The notes beneath the pieces were generated by a model, which ran no database searches, was not told where the DNA came from, and was given only the letters and a program-made list of their open reading frames with translations. From assembly GCF_056746865.1 (NCBI RefSeq), contig NZ_CM163382.1: a stretch of DNA of 64,000 bases, one strand, 5' to 3'. Below are positions 36,660 through 48,250 of this stretch, piece after piece. Position numbers and translations under genes: made by a program. Each line of letters starts with the position of its first letter. The first letter of the stretch is position 1.

Positions 36660-37631
36660 CCCTGCCAGTGGCGTTCGAGTAATGCGTTCCTCGCCGTTAA
36701 TGACTTTTGGACCACGGACATGAACCGTGTCGCCATCAAAGGCTTCAACGACGGCGTGGTCGGTTAACTCCACATGGTTTTCAATTATCACCGCACCTGT
36801 AATACGGCTCTCACCTTGTATGACAACGTGCTCGTCGAGCAGAATCGGTCCGCCACATACCACGGCATTTCCGCCAATCAAGACATGATGTTTTAACACA
36901 CAATTACCTTCCACAATGGCATATTCCGCCACCTGCGAACTGTAATGAATCGTCGGAATGGCATCTTCTTCTATGCCAGCTTTCACCTGCGCGTGACCGT
37001 AGACTTTAGCGCAATCGCATAGCCAGACGTTGTTCTCTTCATTACCTTCAACGCTGGCAAAATCAAAAACTTCGGCGCGATGTTCAATAAAAGCATACCG
37101 GACGACGGCATCGCCATAAATTTGTGCCTGGTGGACAATACGCGAGGCGCTAACCCTTGCGCGATCATAAATTTGGAGCAGGAGTTGATGGTCGGGCGTT
37201 AAGCCTTGTGCGGCGACGATCATAGAATGTTGATCAATTAAGGCGTGACCAAATATTCTACATTGCCCGTAAACTAATGAGTCATGAATGGTGACACTGT
37301 CACTTATATATGCACCCTGGCTGATTTCACTATTATCGATCCAGACGTTATCCGTTGCGTAAACCTCTCCCCACAGCACGCTGGTGCCGGTGATACGCGT
37401 ATTACCGGAAATCACCGTTCCGCCGAACGCAATAGCATTCTGGTCGTAAATCCAGCAATTTCCTTCCTGTGCTAACACCGTTTCGCGATCGATCCAGCCG
37501 CCAGCGGTTCCTGCTATCACATCGTTAAAATCGCTAATGGCGATAATCTGCCGTAATAACACATTTTTTTTAGTGCCATCTTCCTGATAACTAAAGGCTC
37601 GCTGTTCTTCACTTAGACGATATTTGCGCAT
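36651..37631 (-). CDS. ydcK: Uncharacterised protein YdcK with left-handed beta-helix-type repeats (326 aa)
   Basis: 326-aa ORF with repetitive hexapeptide-like segments. Confidence 0.8.
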   Translation of the reverse strand: MRKYRLSEEQRAFSYQEDGTKKNVLLRQIIAISDFNDVIAGTAGGWIDRETVLAQEGNCWIYDQNAIAFGGTVISGNTRITGTSVLWGEVYATDNVWIDNSEISQGAYISDSVTIHDSLVYGQCRIFGHALIDQHSMIVAAQGLTPDHQLLLQIYDRARVSASRIVHQAQIYGDAVVRYAFIEHRAEVFDFASVEGNEENNVWLCDCAKVYGHAQVKAGIEEDAIPTIHYSSQVAEYAIVEGNCVLKHHVLIGGNAVVCGGPILLDEHVVIQGESRITGAVIIENHVELTDHAVVEAFDGDTVHVRGPKVINGEERITRTPLAGLL

Positions 37632-37754
37632 AGCGTTTTCCCACAGGTGACTTACTATAACCGTAGCAAATTCTGCGGCTCTGGCTATGCTCGAGAAAAT
37701 TCCATAAAATGCATTTCAAATATACTTTATAAATTAAACAAAATGAGTAAGAAG

Positions 37755-38747
37755 ATGCAGAGCGATAAAGTGCTCAATTTGCCGGCAGGCTACTTTGGTA
37801 TTGTGTTGGGGACGATAGGGATGGGATTTGCCTGGCGCTATGCCAGCCAGGTTTGGCAGGTCAGCCACTGGTTAGGGGATGGGCTAGTGATTCTGGCGAT
37901 GATCATCTGGGGATTATTGACTAGCGCATTTATTACCCGACTCATACGCTTTCCGCATAGCGTGCTGGCGGAAGTTCGCCATCCAGTGATGAGCAGTTTT
38001 GTGAGTTTGTTTCCGGCAACGACGATGCTGGTGGCGATTGGTTTTGTTCCGTGGTTTCGCCCACTGGCGGTGTGCCTGTTCAGTTTTGGTGTCGTGGTTC
38101 AGTTGGCTTATGCCGCCTGGCAAACTGCGGGATTATGGCGCGGATCTCATCCTGAAGAAGCTACCACGCCTGGACTGTATCTGCCGACAGTTGCCAACAA
38201 CTTTATCAGCGCAATGGCCTGTGGTGCATTGGGCTACACCGACGCCGGTCTGGTGTTTTTAGGCGCAGGCGTTTTCTCATGGTTAAGCCTGGAACCGGTG
38301 ATCTTGCAGCGACTGCGCAGTTCGGGAGAATTACCCACGGCGCTGCGGACATCACTCGGCATTCAGCTCGCTCCTGCGCTGGTGGCCTGTAGTGCCTGGC
38401 TGAGCGTCAACGGCGGCGAGGGTGACACGCTGGCGAAAATGCTTTTCGGTTATGGGCTGCTGCAACTGCTGTTTATGCTACGTCTGATGCCATGGTATCT
38501 CTCCCAGCCATTTAATGCTTCATTCTGGAGTTTCTCGTTCGGCGTATCTGCACTGGCAACCACCGGTTTGCATCTGGGGAGTGGCAGCGATAATGGATTT
38601 TTCCATACGCTGGCGGTGCCGCTGTTTATCTTTACCAATTTTATAATTGCAATACTGCTCATCCGTACTTTCGCGCTTCTGATGCAGGGGAAATTGTTAA
38701 TCAGAACCGAGCGCGCCGTTTTAATGAAAGCTGAGGACAAAGAATGA
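37755..38747 (+). CDS. tehA: Tellurite resistance protein TehA (about 330 aa), membrane transporter
   Basis: Multi-pass membrane ORF; start taken at [15 protein letters not shown]. Confidence 0.85.
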   Translation: MQSDKVLNLPAGYFGIVLGTIGMGFAWRYASQVWQVSHWLGDGLVILAMIIWGLLTSAFITRLIRFPHSVLAEVRHPVMSSFVSLFPATTMLVAIGFVPWFRPLAVCLFSFGVVVQLAYAAWQTAGLWRGSHPEEATTPGLYLPTVANNFISAMACGALGYTDAGLVFLGAGVFSWLSLEPVILQRLRSSGELPTALRTSLGIQLAPALVACSAWLSVNGGEGDTLAKMLFGYGLLQLLFMLRLMPWYLSQPFNASFWSFSFGVSALATTGLHLGSGSDNGFFHTLAVPLFIFTNFIIAILLIRTFALLMQGKLLIRTERAVLMKAEDKE

Positions 38748-39337
38748 TCATTCGTGACGAAAACTATTTTACTGATAAGTATGAATTAACCCGCACACAC
38801 TCTGAAGTACTGGAAGCGGTGAAAGTGGTTAAACCCGGTAAAACGCTGGATCTGGGCTGTGGCAATGGTCGTAACAGTCTTTACCTGGCAGCCAATGGTT
38901 ATGAAGTTGACGCATGGGATAAAAATGCCATGAGTATCGCCAACGTCGAGCGCATTAAATCCATTGAAAATCTGGATAATTTACACACTCGGGTCGTTGA
39001 TCTGAATAACCTTACGTTTGATGGGCAATACGATTTTATTCTTTCGACTGTGGTGCTGATGTTCCTTGAGGCTAAAACCATCCCAGGGCTGATTGCCAAT
39101 ATGCAACGTTGCACTAAACCTGGCGGTTACAACCTGATTGTGGCGGCGATGGATACCGCTGATTATCCATGTACCGTCGGCTTCCCGTTTGCCTTCAAAG
39201 AGGGAGAATTACGTCGATATTACGAAGGCTGGGAGATGGTGAAATACAATGAAGACGTCGGCGAGCTGCACCGCACCGACGCCAACGGTAATCGTATTAA
39301 ACTGCGTTTCGCCACGATGCTGGCACGTAAAAAATGA
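38744..39337 (+). CDS. tehB: Tellurite methyltransferase TehB (197 aa)
   Basis: SAM-methyltransferase motif ([15 protein letters not shown]); start overlaps tehA stop. Confidence 0.9.
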   Translation: MIIRDENYFTDKYELTRTHSEVLEAVKVVKPGKTLDLGCGNGRNSLYLAANGYEVDAWDKNAMSIANVERIKSIENLDNLHTRVVDLNNLTFDGQYDFILSTVVLMFLEAKTIPGLIANMQRCTKPGGYNLIVAAMDTADYPCTVGFPFAFKEGELRRYYEGWEMVKYNEDVGELHRTDANGNRIKLRFATMLARKK

Positions 39338-39638
39338 CCCGCTAAGAACAAGGCGCGTGATAATTCCCCCGCTGAGATGGTTTACTGTTCTTCTTTTCGG
39401 TAAGCATAATTTTTATCGAATGGATGTGAAATTAATCACAGTAGTCGAAGTTTTTTAGCAGCTTAACTTACTGAAATTTAACTACTGATGATTGACTTAG
39501 CCCCTTTTTCGGCATTGACTATGTCGTCTGAAAAGGGGCTGAAAAATTTATTTTCACCAACACTTTTTTTGCCACAACACGAAGCGGCGCTTTTTGCTAT
39601 AACTTAGAAAGTAATATAATCATCTCAGGAAACTATTC

Positions 39639-40307
39639 ATGCGTACCACATCAATTGCGAAAGTTGCAGCTTTATGCGGCTTGTTGGCTCTGTCTGGTTG
39701 TGCCTCTAAAATCACCCAGCCAGATAAATATTCTGGTTTTTTAAACAATTACTCTGATTTAAAAGAAACAACCTCAGCAACAGGTAAACCTGTTTTACGT
39801 TGGGTAGACCCGAGTTTTGATCAAAGCAAATATGACAGCATCGTCTGGAACCCAGTCACTTATTATCCGGTACCGAAACCATCTACCCAGGTAGGGCAGA
39901 AAGTTCTGGATAAAATTTTGAGTTATACCAACACCGAAATGAAAGAAGCGATTGCGCAGCGTAAACCACTGGTTACCACCGCTGGGCCGCGTAGTCTGAT
40001 TTTCCGTGGGGCCATTACCGGTGTTGATACCAGCAAAGAAGGGCTGCAATTCTATGAAGTGGTTCCTGTCGCATTAGTGGTCGCGGGGACGCAAATGGCG
40101 ACGGGCCACCGTACCATGGATACTCGCCTCTATTTTGAAGGTGAGCTGATTGATGCAGCTACTAATAAACCGGTTATCAAAGTCGTTCGTCAGGGCGAAG
40201 GTAAAGACCTGAATAACGAAAGTACGCCAATGGCTTTCGAAAATATTAAACAAGTTATTGATGACATGGCGACCGATGCCACTATGTTTGACGTTAACAA
40301 AAAGTAA
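39639..40307 (+). CDS. ydcL: Lipoprotein YdcL (222 aa)
   Basis: Lipobox LSGCAS. Confidence 0.85.
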   Translation: MRTTSIAKVAALCGLLALSGCASKITQPDKYSGFLNNYSDLKETTSATGKPVLRWVDPSFDQSKYDSIVWNPVTYYPVPKPSTQVGQKVLDKILSYTNTEMKEAIAQRKPLVTTAGPRSLIFRGAITGVDTSKEGLQFYEVVPVALVVAGTQMATGHRTMDTRLYFEGELIDAATNKPVIKVVRQGEGKDLNNESTPMAFENIKQVIDDMATDATMFDVNKK

Positions 40308-40341
40308 TTCCAGCTGCGCCATCGTAAGATGGCGCTTTTTA

Positions 40342-41514
40342 TTATCGGTTTCTGTGAGCGATTAAATTCAACACCACGTAACAAACGCCTCCGGCAATTA
40401 ATCCCCAGAACGCAGAACCAATCCCGACCAGCGTCAATCCACTTGCCGTTACCAGAAATGCCACCACCGCCGCGTCGCGCTCACGCTCATTATGCAGCGC
40501 CTGATACAAACTGCCGCCAATGGTACTCAACAGCGCCAGACCTGCCAGCATCTGGATCCAACTTACGGGCAGGGCAGCCATCATCCCGGTAATAGCACTA
40601 CCAAAAAGACCTGCGAGCAAATAAAAAATGCCTGCAACGGCAGCTGCCAGCCAACGTTGATCTTTATCCGGATGCGCTTCCGGGCTTTGACAAATAGCCG
40701 CGGTGATTGCCGCAATACCGACGGAATAAACGCCGAAAGGGGAAAAAACAAGCGCCAGCAATCCAGTAAACACAATCAACGGCGAAACAGGAGCCGAATA
40801 CCCGGCAGCTTTCATTGCTGCGATACCCGGTGCGTTTTGCGATGCCATCGTCACCAGAAAAAGGGGGAGTGCAACGCTCAGACTGTGAGCAAACGAAAAA
40901 TCAGGGGTAATATAAGTGGGGAGAACGGGGTTAAAGACAACATCATTTGTGACAACGTCACCTTGCGCCATAACGATCACGATCCCAATAATCATCGCGG
41001 CAATTACCGCATAGCGCGGCGCAACGGCCCTGGTTGCCAGCCATACCAGCAACATACTGCCACACAACGTAAATTGACCATCCAGACTGGCAAACGCCTG
41101 TAAACCAAAGCGTAATAAAATCCCGGCAAGCATTGCCGCCGCAAGCGAGTGCGGAATAATGCGCATCAGACGAGCAAAGAGTCCCGTTATGCCGCAGAGG
41201 ACTATTAACGCGTTGGTGACAATAAAAACGCCGATGGCTTCGTTAAGTGTTAATCCCTGTAATCCGGTGACCAACAAAGCCGCGCCAGGCGTTGACCATG
41301 CGGTGAGAACAGGTACGCGATACCATAATGTCAGAGCCAGCGTACTGACGCCCATTGCCAGCCCCAGCGCCGTCATCCAGCCAGAGATTTGTGCAGTGGT
41401 GGCTCCGGCGACAATCGCTGCTTGCCAGATTATTGCCGCTGAACTGGCGTAGCCAATTAATACCGCCAGAAACCCCGCCAGTAGCGTGGGTGGAGGAATA
41501 GAAAACAGACGCAT
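40342..41514 (-). CDS. ydcO: BenE-family (benzoate-type) membrane transporter (about 390 aa)
   Basis: Multi-pass membrane ORF; start taken at MRLFSIPPPTLLAGF rather than the longer ORF-track extension. Confidence 0.8.
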   Translation of the reverse strand: MRLFSIPPPTLLAGFLAVLIGYASSAAIIWQAAIVAGATTAQISGWMTALGLAMGVSTLALTLWYRVPVLTAWSTPGAALLVTGLQGLTLNEAIGVFIVTNALIVLCGITGLFARLMRIIPHSLAAAMLAGILLRFGLQAFASLDGQFTLCGSMLLVWLATRAVAPRYAVIAAMIIGIVIVMAQGDVVTNDVVFNPVLPTYITPDFSFAHSLSVALPLFLVTMASQNAPGIAAMKAAGYSAPVSPLIVFTGLLALVFSPFGVYSVGIAAITAAICQSPEAHPDKDQRWLAAAVAGIFYLLAGLFGSAITGMMAALPVSWIQMLAGLALLSTIGGSLYQALHNERERDAAVVAFLVTASGLTLVGIGSAFWGLIAGGVCYVVLNLIAHRNR

Positions 41515-41605
41515 AGTCACCTCGTGCGTTATAACGTACAGGTACCGTAGCATTTGTCCGTTATAACGCACAAGTGATAAACTTCCGTTTTGCCGGAGGA
41601 GTCGC

Positions 41606-42142
41606 ATGGAAAATCTCGCTCGCTTTTTATCCACCACACTTAAACAACTACGTCAGCAGCGCGGCTGGAGTCTTTCGCGACTGGCAGAAGCGACGGGCGT
41701 TTCTAAAGCGATGTTAGGGCAGATTGAGCGTAATGAATCCAGCCCGACGGTCGCGACATTATGGAAAATTGCCACCGGGTTGAACGTGCCATTTTCAACA
41801 TTTATTTCTCCGCCGCAGTCCGCTACGCCTTCAGTTTATGATCCACAACGGCAGGCGATGGTGATCACTTCGCTGTTTCCTTATGATCCACAACTCTGCT
41901 TTGAACACTTCTCGATTCAGATGGCACCCGGTGCAATAAGCGAATCGACGCCCCATGAAAAGGGGGTAATCGAACATGTCGTCGTCATTGATGGACAACT
42001 TGATCTGTGCGTTGATGGTGAATGGCAGAGCCTTAATTGTGGAGAAGGCGCTCGATTTGCTGCAGACGTCACGCATGTCTATCGTAATGGAGGGGAGCAA
42101 ACCGTACATTTTCATTCACTCATCCATTACCCGCGCAGTTAA
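41606..42142 (+). CDS. ydcN: XRE-family HTH regulator with cupin-type C-terminal domain (178 aa)
   Basis: N-terminal HTH (LSRLAEATGVSKAMLGQIERNESSPT). Confidence 0.85.
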   Translation: MENLARFLSTTLKQLRQQRGWSLSRLAEATGVSKAMLGQIERNESSPTVATLWKIATGLNVPFSTFISPPQSATPSVYDPQRQAMVITSLFPYDPQLCFEHFSIQMAPGAISESTPHEKGVIEHVVVIDGQLDLCVDGEWQSLNCGEGARFAADVTHVYRNGGEQTVHFHSLIHYPRS

Positions 42143-42214
42143 GCGGGAAAACTATTTCGCAACGTCGCGCTTGTGGCTAAAATAGCCGCCATTTTTCAGC
42201 TACTGGATAAGAAA

Positions 42215-44176
42215 GTGACCGTATCTTCTCATCGTCTTGAACTGTTAAGTCCGGCACGCGATGCCGCCATTGCCCGCGAAGCTATTTTGCACGGTGCCGA
42301 TGCTGTTTATATCGGCGGCCCTGGTTTTGGTGCCCGTCATAATGCCAGTAATAGCCTGAAAGATATTGCCGAGCTGGTGCCGTTTGCCCATCGTTATGGT
42401 GCAAAAATTTTCGTCACGCTTAACACAATTTTGCATGATGATGAGCTGGAACCCGCGCAACGGCTGATTACTGACCTCTACCAGACCGGCGTCGACGCGC
42501 TGATTGTTCAGGATATGGGGATTCTGGAACTTGATATTCCGCCGATTGAACTGCACGCCAGTACGCAGTGCGATATTCGCACAGTAGAAAAAGCGAAGTT
42601 CCTCTCTGATGTTGGCTTCACGCAGATTGTGCTGGCGCGAGAGCTGAATCTTGAGCAGATCCGCGCGATTCACCAGGCCACGGACGCGACCATTGAATTC
42701 TTTATTCATGGGGCACTGTGCGTGGCCTATTCGGGTCAGTGCTATATTTCTCATGCGCAAACAGGGCGTAGCGCCAACCGTGGCGATTGCTCGCAGGCAT
42801 GCCGTTTGCCATACACATTGAAAGACGATCAGGGGCGGGTGGTTTCCTATGAAAAACATCTGCTGTCGATGAAAGATAACGATCAGACTGCCAACCTCGG
42901 CGCGCTGATTGATGCTGGCGTACGCTCCTTCAAGATTGAAGGGCGTTACAAAGATATGAGCTACGTGAAGAATATCACCGCCCATTATCGCCAGATGCTG
43001 GATGCCATTATTGAAGAACGTGTCGATCTGACGCGTGCTTCATCAGGTCGTACTGAACATTTCTTTGTTCCATCGACGGAAAAGACTTTCCACCGTGGTA
43101 GCACAGATTATTTTGTGAATGCCCGTAAAGGCGATATTGGCGCGTTCGATTCGCCGAAATTTATCGGCCTGCCGGTGGGTGAAGTATTGAAAGTGGCGAA
43201 AGATCATCTCGATGTTGCCGTTTCCGAACCACTGGCAAATGGCGATGGCCTGAACGTGATGATTAAACGTGAAGTCGTCGGCTTTCGTGCCAATACGGTC
43301 GAGAAAACCGGAGAAAATCAGTACCGCGTCTGGCCCAATGAAATGCCAGCAGAGTTGCACAAAATTCGCCCGCATCACCCACTAAACCGTAATCTTGATC
43401 ATAACTGGCAGCAGGCACTGACAAAAACCTCCAGCGAACGTCGGGTGGCGGTAGACATTGAACTGGGCGGCTGGCAGGAACAACTGATTCTGACCCTCAC
43501 CAGTGAAGAGGGTGTCAGCATCACGCATACGCTGGACGGGCAGTTCGACGAAGCCAATAACGCCGAAAAAGCAATGAACAATCTAAAGGATGGTCTGGCA
43601 AAACTGGGGCAAACCATCTATTACGCCCGCGATGTGCAAATTAATTTGCCGGGTGCGCTGTTTGTACCAAACAGTCTGTTAAACCAGTTCCGCCGTGAAG
43701 CCGCCGACATGCTGGATGCTGCACGTCTTGCCGGTTACCAGCGGGGCAGCCGTAAACCGGTTGCTGATCCTGCGCCGATTTATCCGCAAACGCATCTGAG
43801 TTTCCTCGCGAACGTATACAACCAGAAAGCGCGTGAATTTTATCATCGCTACGGTGTGCAGCTGATTGACGCGGCGTATGAGGCACATGAAGAGAAGGGC
43901 GAAGTCCCGGTGATGATCACTAAGCATTGTCTGCGCTTTGCCTTTAATCTGTGCCCGAAACAGGCGAAAGGCAATATCAAAAGCTGGAAGGCGACGCCAA
44001 TGCAACTGGTTAACGGCGATGAAGTATTAACGCTAAAGTTTGATTGCCGCCCATGCGAGATGCACGTCATCGGCAAAATTAAAAATCACATTCTGAAAAT
44101 GCCGTTACCGGGAAGTGTTGTCGCCTCCGTAAGTCCGGATGAGCTGCTGAAAACATTGCCGAAGCGAAAAGGGTAA
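42215..44176 (+). CDS. ydcP: Peptidase U32 family protein YdcP (about 653 aa)
   Basis: U32-type sequence; stop is firm, start uncertain (GTG 42215 or GTG 42173). Confidence 0.8.
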   Translation: MTVSSHRLELLSPARDAAIAREAILHGADAVYIGGPGFGARHNASNSLKDIAELVPFAHRYGAKIFVTLNTILHDDELEPAQRLITDLYQTGVDALIVQDMGILELDIPPIELHASTQCDIRTVEKAKFLSDVGFTQIVLARELNLEQIRAIHQATDATIEFFIHGALCVAYSGQCYISHAQTGRSANRGDCSQACRLPYTLKDDQGRVVSYEKHLLSMKDNDQTANLGALIDAGVRSFKIEGRYKDMSYVKNITAHYRQMLDAIIEERVDLTRASSGRTEHFFVPSTEKTFHRGSTDYFVNARKGDIGAFDSPKFIGLPVGEVLKVAKDHLDVAVSEPLANGDGLNVMIKREVVGFRANTVEKTGENQYRVWPNEMPAELHKIRPHHPLNRNLDHNWQQALTKTSSERRVAVDIELGGWQEQLILTLTSEEGVSITHTLDGQFDEANNAEKAMNNLKDGLAKLGQTIYYARDVQINLPGALFVPNSLLNQFRREAADMLDAARLAGYQRGSRKPVADPAPIYPQTHLSFLANVYNQKAREFYHRYGVQLIDAAYEAHEEKGEVPVMITKHCLRFAFNLCPKQAKGNIKSWKATPMQLVNGDEVLTLKFDCRPCEMHVIGKIKNHILKMPLPGSVVASVSPDELLKTLPKRKG

Positions 44177-44227
44177 AACGCCAGTTTTCTGGTTACTCAC
44201 AACTTATTGAATCTGCATGATATTGTT

Positions 44228-44257
44228 GGCCGGGTAAGGCGTCACGCCGCATCCGGC
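44228..44257. repeat. REP (repetitive extragenic palindromic) element
   Basis: ggccgggtaaggcgtcacgccgcatccggc matches the E. coli REP consensus. Confidence 0.7.
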
Positions 44258-44267
44258 AATAAATGAC

Positions 44268-44498
44268 TCAACGTTGTCCCGCTTCTGGTTTGCGCGATTT
44301 TTGCCAGTAAAAATGCTCGCGCAAACCTTCCGCCGACTCTTCCGCCACAGCACGCAATTCATCGCTGTCCGCTTCATGACGCAGCTGATGATCCACATTC
44401 TTTACCCACACAAATTCATGTCCTTTGTGCCCTGCCATGAGTTGTCCTGAGAACAGCGCACACGTTAATAAGACAACCGATAACGCCTTCGTAAACAT
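44268..44498 (-). CDS. yncJ: Small secreted protein YncJ (76 aa)
   Basis: Signal peptide MFTKALSVVLLTCALFSGQLMA. Confidence 0.8.
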   Translation of the reverse strand: MFTKALSVVLLTCALFSGQLMAGHKGHEFVWVKNVDHQLRHEADSDELRAVAEESAEGLREHFYWQKSRKPEAGQR

Positions 44499-44719
44499 CC
44501 TGCCACCTTTTTCTTACCTTTTGCCGCTATGATGCCGATCGTTTCTTGAGGTTATTATTCAGTTTTGCAAATTAGCGCAAAGAAATTATGGAATCTTCCT
44601 TCCTGATTTTGCATTGCATTCTGCCGTTGCGGCGATTTAGTGCTATTTTCGAGCAAATTACACACATAGGTAAACACTAATGTTTACTTTGTTGATATAC
44701 TCAGCGGCAGGGAGGCGAT

Positions 44720-44896
44720 GTGAAACAAAGCGAGTTCAGACGTTGGCTCGAATCTCAGGGCGTCGATGTGGCGAATGGCAGCAACCATTTGAAACTCAGG
44801 TTTCAAGGGCGACGCAGTGTCATGCCGCGTCACCCCAGTGATGAGATAAAAGAACCATTGCGTAAAGCAATCCTGAAGCAACTCGGTTTGAGTTAA
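44720..44896 (+). CDS. hicA: Type II toxin HicA, mRNA interferase (58 aa)
   Basis: GTG start 5 nt after GGAGG; translation VKQSEFRRWLESQGVDVANGSNHLKLRFQGRRSVMPRHPSDEIKEPLRKAILKQLGLS; below the ORF-track cutoff. Confidence 0.85.
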   Translation: MKQSEFRRWLESQGVDVANGSNHLKLRFQGRRSVMPRHPSDEIKEPLRKAILKQLGLS

Positions 44897-44920
44897 TCGC
44901 CAATTAAAAAGGTTAATGAC

Positions 44921-45358
<438 letters not shown>

Positions 45359-45436
45359 TTACAGTTAACGAAAAGTTGTCATTTTTAACAACTGATATAG
45401 ACTGCCGAATCATCTGCACATAATTACGATTCGATA

Positions 45437-46843
45437 ATGAAAAAATACCAGCAGCTTGCAGAACAATTACGCGAGCAGATTGCGTCGGGTATCTGGCAAC
45501 CTGGCGATCGTTTGCCTTCGTTGCGTGACCAGGTGGCGCTTTCTGGCATGAGCTTTATGACTGTCAGCCATGCCTATCAGTTGCTCGAAAGTCAGGGATA
45601 TATTATCGCGCGACCGCAGTCGGGTTATTACGTTGCGCCACAGGCAATAAAAATGCCGAAAGCGCCAGTCATTCCAGTCACACGAGATGAAGCAGTCGAT
45701 ATCAACACCTATATTTTTGATATGTTGCAGGCCAGTCGCGATCCGTCGGTAGTTCCGTTTGCCTCGGCCTTTCCCGACCCGCGACTTTTCCCCCTCCAAC
45801 AACTAAACCGCTCGCTGGCGCAGGTAAGCAAAACCGCCACGGCGATGAGCGTGATTGAAAACTTACCGCCAGGAAACGCAGAACTGCGTCAGGCTATTGC
45901 TCGTCGCTATGCCTTACAGGGCATCACTATTTCTCCTGATGAAATTGTCATTACCGCCGGGGCGTTAGAGGCATTAAACCTCAGTTTACAAGCGGTCACT
46001 GAACCGGGCGATTGGGTGATAGTTGAGAATCCTTGTTTCTACGGCGCGTTGCAGGCGCTGGAGCGGTTACGGCTGAAGGCGTTATCGGTGGCGACGGACG
46101 TTAAAGAAGGGATTGATCTCAAGGCGCTGGAACTGGCGTTGCAGGAGTATCCGGTGAAAGCGTGCTGGCTGATGACTAATAGCCAGAATCCACTCGGATT
46201 TACCTTAACGCCGCAGAAAAAAGCGCGGCTGGTAGCGTTGCTCAATCAGTACAACGTAACGCTGATTGAAGATGACGTTTACAGCGAACTTTATTTTGGA
46301 CGGGAAAAACCGCTGCCTGCGAAAGCGTGGGATCACCACGATGGTGTTTTGCATTGCTCTTCGTTTTCGAAATGTCTGGTGCCTGGTTTTCGTATTGGTT
46401 GGGTCGCCGCCGGAAAACATGCACGTAAAATTCAACGCTTGCAGTTGATGAGTACGCTTTCCACCAGCTCACCGATGCAGCTTGCGCTGGTGGATTACCT
46501 TTCCACGCGCCGATACGACGCCCATCTTCGTCGCTTGCGTCGCCAGCTTGCGGAGCGTAAACAACGTGCCTGGCAGGCACTGCTGCGTTATCTGCCTGCG
46601 GAAGTGAAAATTCATCATAATGACAGCGGTTATTTTCTCTGGCTGGAACTCCCCGCGCCGTTAGATGCGGGCGAATTAAGCCTGGCGGCACTGACGCATC
46701 ATATCAGTATTGCGCCGGGTAAAATGTTTTCTACCGGTGAAAACTGGTCACGTTTTTTCCGTTTTAATACCGCGTGGCAGTGGGGAGAACGTGAAGAACA
46801 GGCGGTTAAACAATTAGGCAAACTTATTCAAGAACGGCTGTAA
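45437..46843 (+). CDS. ydcR: MocR/GabR-type regulator: GntR HTH fused to aminotransferase-like domain (468 aa)
   Basis: N-terminal GntR-type HTH plus PLP-fold-like C-terminal domain. Confidence 0.85.
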   Translation: MKKYQQLAEQLREQIASGIWQPGDRLPSLRDQVALSGMSFMTVSHAYQLLESQGYIIARPQSGYYVAPQAIKMPKAPVIPVTRDEAVDINTYIFDMLQASRDPSVVPFASAFPDPRLFPLQQLNRSLAQVSKTATAMSVIENLPPGNAELRQAIARRYALQGITISPDEIVITAGALEALNLSLQAVTEPGDWVIVENPCFYGALQALERLRLKALSVATDVKEGIDLKALELALQEYPVKACWLMTNSQNPLGFTLTPQKKARLVALLNQYNVTLIEDDVYSELYFGREKPLPAKAWDHHDGVLHCSSFSKCLVPGFRIGWVAAGKHARKIQRLQLMSTLSTSSPMQLALVDYLSTRRYDAHLRRLRRQLAERKQRAWQALLRYLPAEVKIHHNDSGYFLWLELPAPLDAGELSLAALTHHISIAPGKMFSTGENWSRFFRFNTAWQWGEREEQAVKQLGKLIQERL

Positions 46844-47087
46844 TAGCGTTTAATTAAATTCCTCTCAGGTTGGGTAATATGAATTTCGAATAGCAGTCAT
46901 ATTTCCTAACTCCTTGTCTATACTCCAGAAGATAACCTTACAGACGGCATAATGCGCGGTAGCTCACAACCTGATTAAATTTTCTCAGGGGCGAAGGTGT
47001 GCCTGCTAGCCGCCGTCTATGGTTAAACAAGGAGATATTTTTACGGCACGGCGGCTGAACAATTAATTACGACAGGAGTAAGACTTT

Positions 47088-48233
47088 ATGAGCAAGACAT
47101 TTGCCCGCAGCAGCCTGTGTGCGCTCACCATGACAATAATGACCGCTCACGCCGCCGAACCACCTACCAATTTAGATAAACCGGAAGGGCGACTGGATAT
47201 TATCGCCTGGCCGGGATACATCGAACGCGGACAAACTGATAAACAATACGACTGGGTAACGCAATTCGAAAAAGAGACAGGCTGCGCGGTGAATGTTAAA
47301 ACCGCCGCGACTTCCGATGAAATGGTCAGTCTGATGGCCAAAGGGGGTTACGATCTGGTTACGGCATCCGGCGATGCCTCGCTGCGCCTGATTATGGGCA
47401 AACGCGTGCAGCCGATTAATACCGCCTTGATTCCCAACTGGAAAGCGCTCGATCCGCGCGTGGTTAAAGGCGACTGGTTTAACGTTGGCGGCAAAGTTTA
47501 CGGCACACCTTACCAATGGGGGCCGAACCTGCTGATGTACAACACTAAAACCTTCCCGACGCCGCCGGATAGCTGGCAAGTGGTTTTTGTTGAGCAGAAT
47601 CTGCCGGACGGCAAGAGCAATAAAGGCCGCGTTCAGGCTTATGATGGCCCTATCTACATTGCGGACGCTGCGTTGTTCGTTAAAGCCACTCAGCCGCAGT
47701 TGGGCATCAGCGATCCGTATCAACTCACCGAAGAACAGTATCAGGCGGTGTTGAAAGTGCTGCGCGATCAACATAGTTTGATCCATCGCTACTGGCATGA
47801 CACTACCGTGCAAATGAGCGATTTCAAAAACGAGGGTGTGGTTGCTTCCAGTGCCTGGCCCTATCAGGCCAACGCCCTGAAAGCCGAAGGCCAGCCTGTC
47901 GCGACCGTATTCCCGAAAGAGGGCGTTACCGGTTGGGCTGACACCACCATGCTACATAGTGAAGCGAAACATCCGGTTTGCGCCTACAAATGGATGAACT
48001 GGTCATTAACGCCAAAAGTGCAGGGCGATGTGGCGGCCTGGTTTGGCTCGTTACCGGTAGTGCCGGAAGGGTGTAAAGCCAGTCCGTTATTAGGCGAAAA
48101 AGGTTGTGAAACCAACGGTTTTAACTATTTCGATAAAATCGCCTTCTGGAAAACGCCTATAGCAGAAGGGGGCAAGTTTGTTCCCTACAGTCGCTGGACG
48201 CAGGATTACATTGCCATTATGGGCGGTCGCTAA
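47088..48233 (+). CDS. ydcS: Periplasmic substrate-binding protein of ABC transporter (polyamine-type), 381 aa
   Basis: Signal peptide and PotD/PotF-like binding-protein sequence. Confidence 0.85.
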   Translation: MSKTFARSSLCALTMTIMTAHAAEPPTNLDKPEGRLDIIAWPGYIERGQTDKQYDWVTQFEKETGCAVNVKTAATSDEMVSLMAKGGYDLVTASGDASLRLIMGKRVQPINTALIPNWKALDPRVVKGDWFNVGGKVYGTPYQWGPNLLMYNTKTFPTPPDSWQVVFVEQNLPDGKSNKGRVQAYDGPIYIADAALFVKATQPQLGISDPYQLTEEQYQAVLKVLRDQHSLIHRYWHDTTVQMSDFKNEGVVASSAWPYQANALKAEGQPVATVFPKEGVTGWADTTMLHSEAKHPVCAYKWMNWSLTPKVQGDVAAWFGSLPVVPEGCKASPLLGEKGCETNGFNYFDKIAFWKTPIAEGGKFVPYSRWTQDYIAIMGGR

Positions 48234-48250
48234 CTTCGCTGGGGTGCTTT

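Noticed and set aside
40492-41103. 203-aa plus-strand ORF rich in Arg/His/Cys
   Set aside because: Antisense within the ydcO membrane transporter gene; composition typical of a shadow frame
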